Of a stretch of DNA of 64,000 nucleotides, positions 62,056 to 64,000 are shown piece by piece; the first letter of the stretch is position 1, and each line of letters begins with the position of its first letter. The translations under genes and the position numbers were made by a program. The stretch is from Acidobacteriota bacterium. GTDB taxonomy: Bacteria > Acidobacteriota > UBA890 > WLXD01. Under the pieces are notes generated by a model that made no database searches, had not been told where the DNA came from, and was given only the letters and a program-made list of their open reading frames with translations. Location of the stretch: assembly GCA_965205505.1 (NCBI GenBank), contig CBDBHB010000006.1:128001-192000 (forward strand). The letters are read 5' to 3'.

Positions 62056-63102
62056 ATGAGGAGTGTAACGATTGGACTGGACGTAAGCGACCGGTACAGC
62101 CGTATGTGCGTGCTCGACAGTAAGGGCAGGGTGATGGAGGAAGGGCGGGTGAGGACGAGCCCGGAGGGGCTGGCGAGGCGGTTCGGGTGCGAGGAGCCCG
62201 CTCGAGTAGTGCTGGAGGTTGGAACGCACTCGCCGTGGATGAGTGAGCAGTTGAAGCAACTGGGTCATGAGGTGCTGGTGGCTAACCCGAGGCGGCTGAA
62301 GCTGATCTATGGCGAGCACGACAAGACCGACCGGTTGGATGCCGAGCACCTGGCACGAGTGGGCAGAATGGACCCAAAGCTGCTTAAGACGGTGCAGCAT
62401 CGAGGCAGACAAGCGCGAGCGGATCTAGCCGTGATTCGGAGCCGAGATGCTCTGGTAAAGAGCTGCACGCAGTTGGTGAGCCATGTGCGTGGTGCGGTCA
62501 AGTCGGCCGGTTGTCGTATTCCCAGGTGCTCGACGCCGGCGTTCGCGCGCACCGCGCCAGAGCACATACCGGAGCGGCTCAAGGGAGCGCTCGAGCCGGT
62601 GCTTGAAACGATCGCCATGCTGACGGGCAACATCCAGCAATACGAGCGTCAGATCGTGCAGCTGTGCCAGGGGCGATACCCGGAGACACAGCAGCTCCAG
62701 CAAGTGGCCGGGGTCGGAGCTCTGACCGCACTGGCGTATGTGCTGACGCTCGAGGAGCCGGAGCGGTTCAATACCTCCAGAGCCGTGGGCCCGTACCTGG
62801 GACTGAGACCGAAGAAACGGCAGTCGGGGGACAAGGACCCTGCGCTACGAATAACCAAGGCGGGCGACAAAATGCTCCGACGCCTGTTGGTGGGCTCGGC
62901 GCATTACATCCTGGGCCCCTTCGGGCCCGATACTGAGCTCAGACGCTGGGGGCTCAAGCTGGCCGGACGCGGTGGTCCTCATGGCAACAAAAAGGCAGCA
63001 GTTGCTGTCGCCCGTAAGCTCGCCGTTGTGCTGCACCGACTGTGGCTGAGTGGAGACGAGTACGAACCGTTGCGCGCACCTGTAGAGGTTTCAGCAGCAT
63101 GA
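62056..63102 (+). CDS. IS110-family DEDD transposase/recombinase
   Basis: IGLDVS, VLEVG, KTDRLDA and YLGLRP..RQSG motifs; RBS GGAGG. Confidence 0.96.
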   Translation: MRSVTIGLDVSDRYSRMCVLDSKGRVMEEGRVRTSPEGLARRFGCEEPARVVLEVGTHSPWMSEQLKQLGHEVLVANPRRLKLIYGEHDKTDRLDAEHLARVGRMDPKLLKTVQHRGRQARADLAVIRSRDALVKSCTQLVSHVRGAVKSAGCRIPRCSTPAFARTAPEHIPERLKGALEPVLETIAMLTGNIQQYERQIVQLCQGRYPETQQLQQVAGVGALTALAYVLTLEEPERFNTSRAVGPYLGLRPKKRQSGDKDPALRITKAGDKMLRRLLVGSAHYILGPFGPDTELRRWGLKLAGRGGPHGNKKAAVAVARKLAVVLHRLWLSGDEYEPLRAPVEVSAA

Positions 63103-63149
63103 ACTAACCCGCAACCAGGAGGTCGGTAGGGCGACGCGACCCAACGGTT

Positions 63150-63312
63150 ATCGATCTGACCGCCCGGTCCGGGCGACTGCGAAGGTCACTACGAGCTTCG
63201 AGCTCGGCAGCTAGATTGCAGCGCCTCGAATCGGGACGGACCCCAGAATGCACCGGACGACCTGAATCCTCGTCCACCAGAGTGCGAATAGGAGCATGGC
63301 GTGCAGATCGAT
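63150..63312 (+). ncRNA. Predicted bridge/seekRNA
   Basis: Closing stem ATCGATCTG / CAGATCGAT; internal-loop hairpin at 63172-63225 with loops matching the target site. Confidence 0.7.
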
Positions 63313-63357
63313 TCTTCGCTGGCCACCACATTGCCCTTGACCGAACTAGGCCTTCTC

Positions 63358-64000
63358 TTAGAAGTGGCCTAACGCCTGGCGCAGCGCGGTGTCGATTCGC
63401 TCGTCGTCGCCTGCGAGCAACGTGCGCACGTCGAGGACGAGGCGATCGGCGACCACGCGGCCTACCAGGGCGGGCTCGGTGCCCAGCAAGCGGCGCACCA
63501 ACTGGTCGGGGGTTAGCGGCGTAGCAACGGCAATTCCCCACGATGGCAGCGTGGCGTCCGGGGCTGCTCCGCCGCCGACGCGCGATTCGAGCTGCAATAC
63601 CTCGGTGTTGACGCCGTCGATCGCGTCGACCAGCGCCGCCAGGGACTCGGCGCGCGCCTGTAACCGTGAGGGTTCCTGGCGAAGCATCGCCAAGGTCGGT
63701 ATGGCGTCGGATCGGCCCGCCAAGTAGTCGATCAGCGTTGCCTCGAGGGCCAGGAATGTCACCTTGTCGAGTCGTAGCGCCCGGTACAATGGGTTCGCGC
63801 GGGCACGCTCGACAGCTTCAGGCCGACCGGCAATGAGGCCCGCTTGCGGACCACCGAGCAGCTTGTCGCCTGAGAAAGTCACCAGATCGACGCCGGTGGC
63901 GAGGCGCTGACCGACGGTCGGATCGCCGACTCCGACCACCCCGAGGTCGACGAGGTTGCCGCTCCCGAGATCCTCCACCACCGGCACGCCAGTCTCGCGT
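63358..64000 (-). CDS. selA: L-seryl-tRNA(Sec) selenium transferase, 3' part
   Basis: EDLGSG, FSGDKLLGGPQAG, PLYRALRLDK, VGGG..P and LDVRT motifs. Confidence 0.95.
   Translation of the reverse strand, partial: RETGVPVVEDLGSGNLVDLGVVGVGDPTVGQRLATGVDLVTFSGDKLLGGPQAGLIAGRPEAVERARANPLYRALRLDKVTFLALEATLIDYLAGRSDAIPTLAMLRQEPSRLQARAESLAALVDAIDGVNTEVLQLESRVGGGAAPDATLPSWGIAVATPLTPDQLVRRLLGTEPALVGRVVADRLVLDVRTLLAGDDERIDTALRQALGHF

Larger units (their letters stand above)
61956..63362 (+). mobile_element. IS110-family, IS1111-type insertion sequence
   Basis: TAGA at both junctions; sub-terminal IRs GAGAAGGCC (61966-61974) and GGCCTTCTC (63349-63357); long 3' non-coding end. Confidence 0.9.

Overview
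GC-rich bacterial chromosomal window. The VWA protein, ADOP permease with PadR and many exported amidohydrolases suggest Acidobacteriota (inference). Core content is a leuACDB operon, a chorismate mutase-prephenate dehydratase-DAHP synthase triple fusion, argF, tag, corA, a partial selA and a MacAB-type ABC exporter. The leu operon and the fusion gene each have an unannotated leader-peptide attenuator (Leu5 and Phe-rich). Accessory content is about ten amide/peptide hydrolases, a TetR-controlled OYE/GST/ADH module and a PadR-HAAS-ADOP module. The region shows many signs of decay: at least four MITE families with TA/CTAG ends (many on TAG stop codons), collapsed MITE footprints, about ten disrupted genes, a 152-bp intragenic inversion and a deletion fusing two divergent genes. 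Some single-base indels may be sequencing errors. At the right end an IS1111-type IS110 element sits in the selA stop codon, and its 3' non-coding end folds into a bridge/seekRNA-like loop whose two guide segments match the reconstructed target. No CRISPR array, rRNA or tRNA was seen. Family calls come from motif recognition, not database searches. No clearly new multi-gene system is demonstrated; the best unexplained candidate is the repeat protein and AT-rich island at about 21960-23210.
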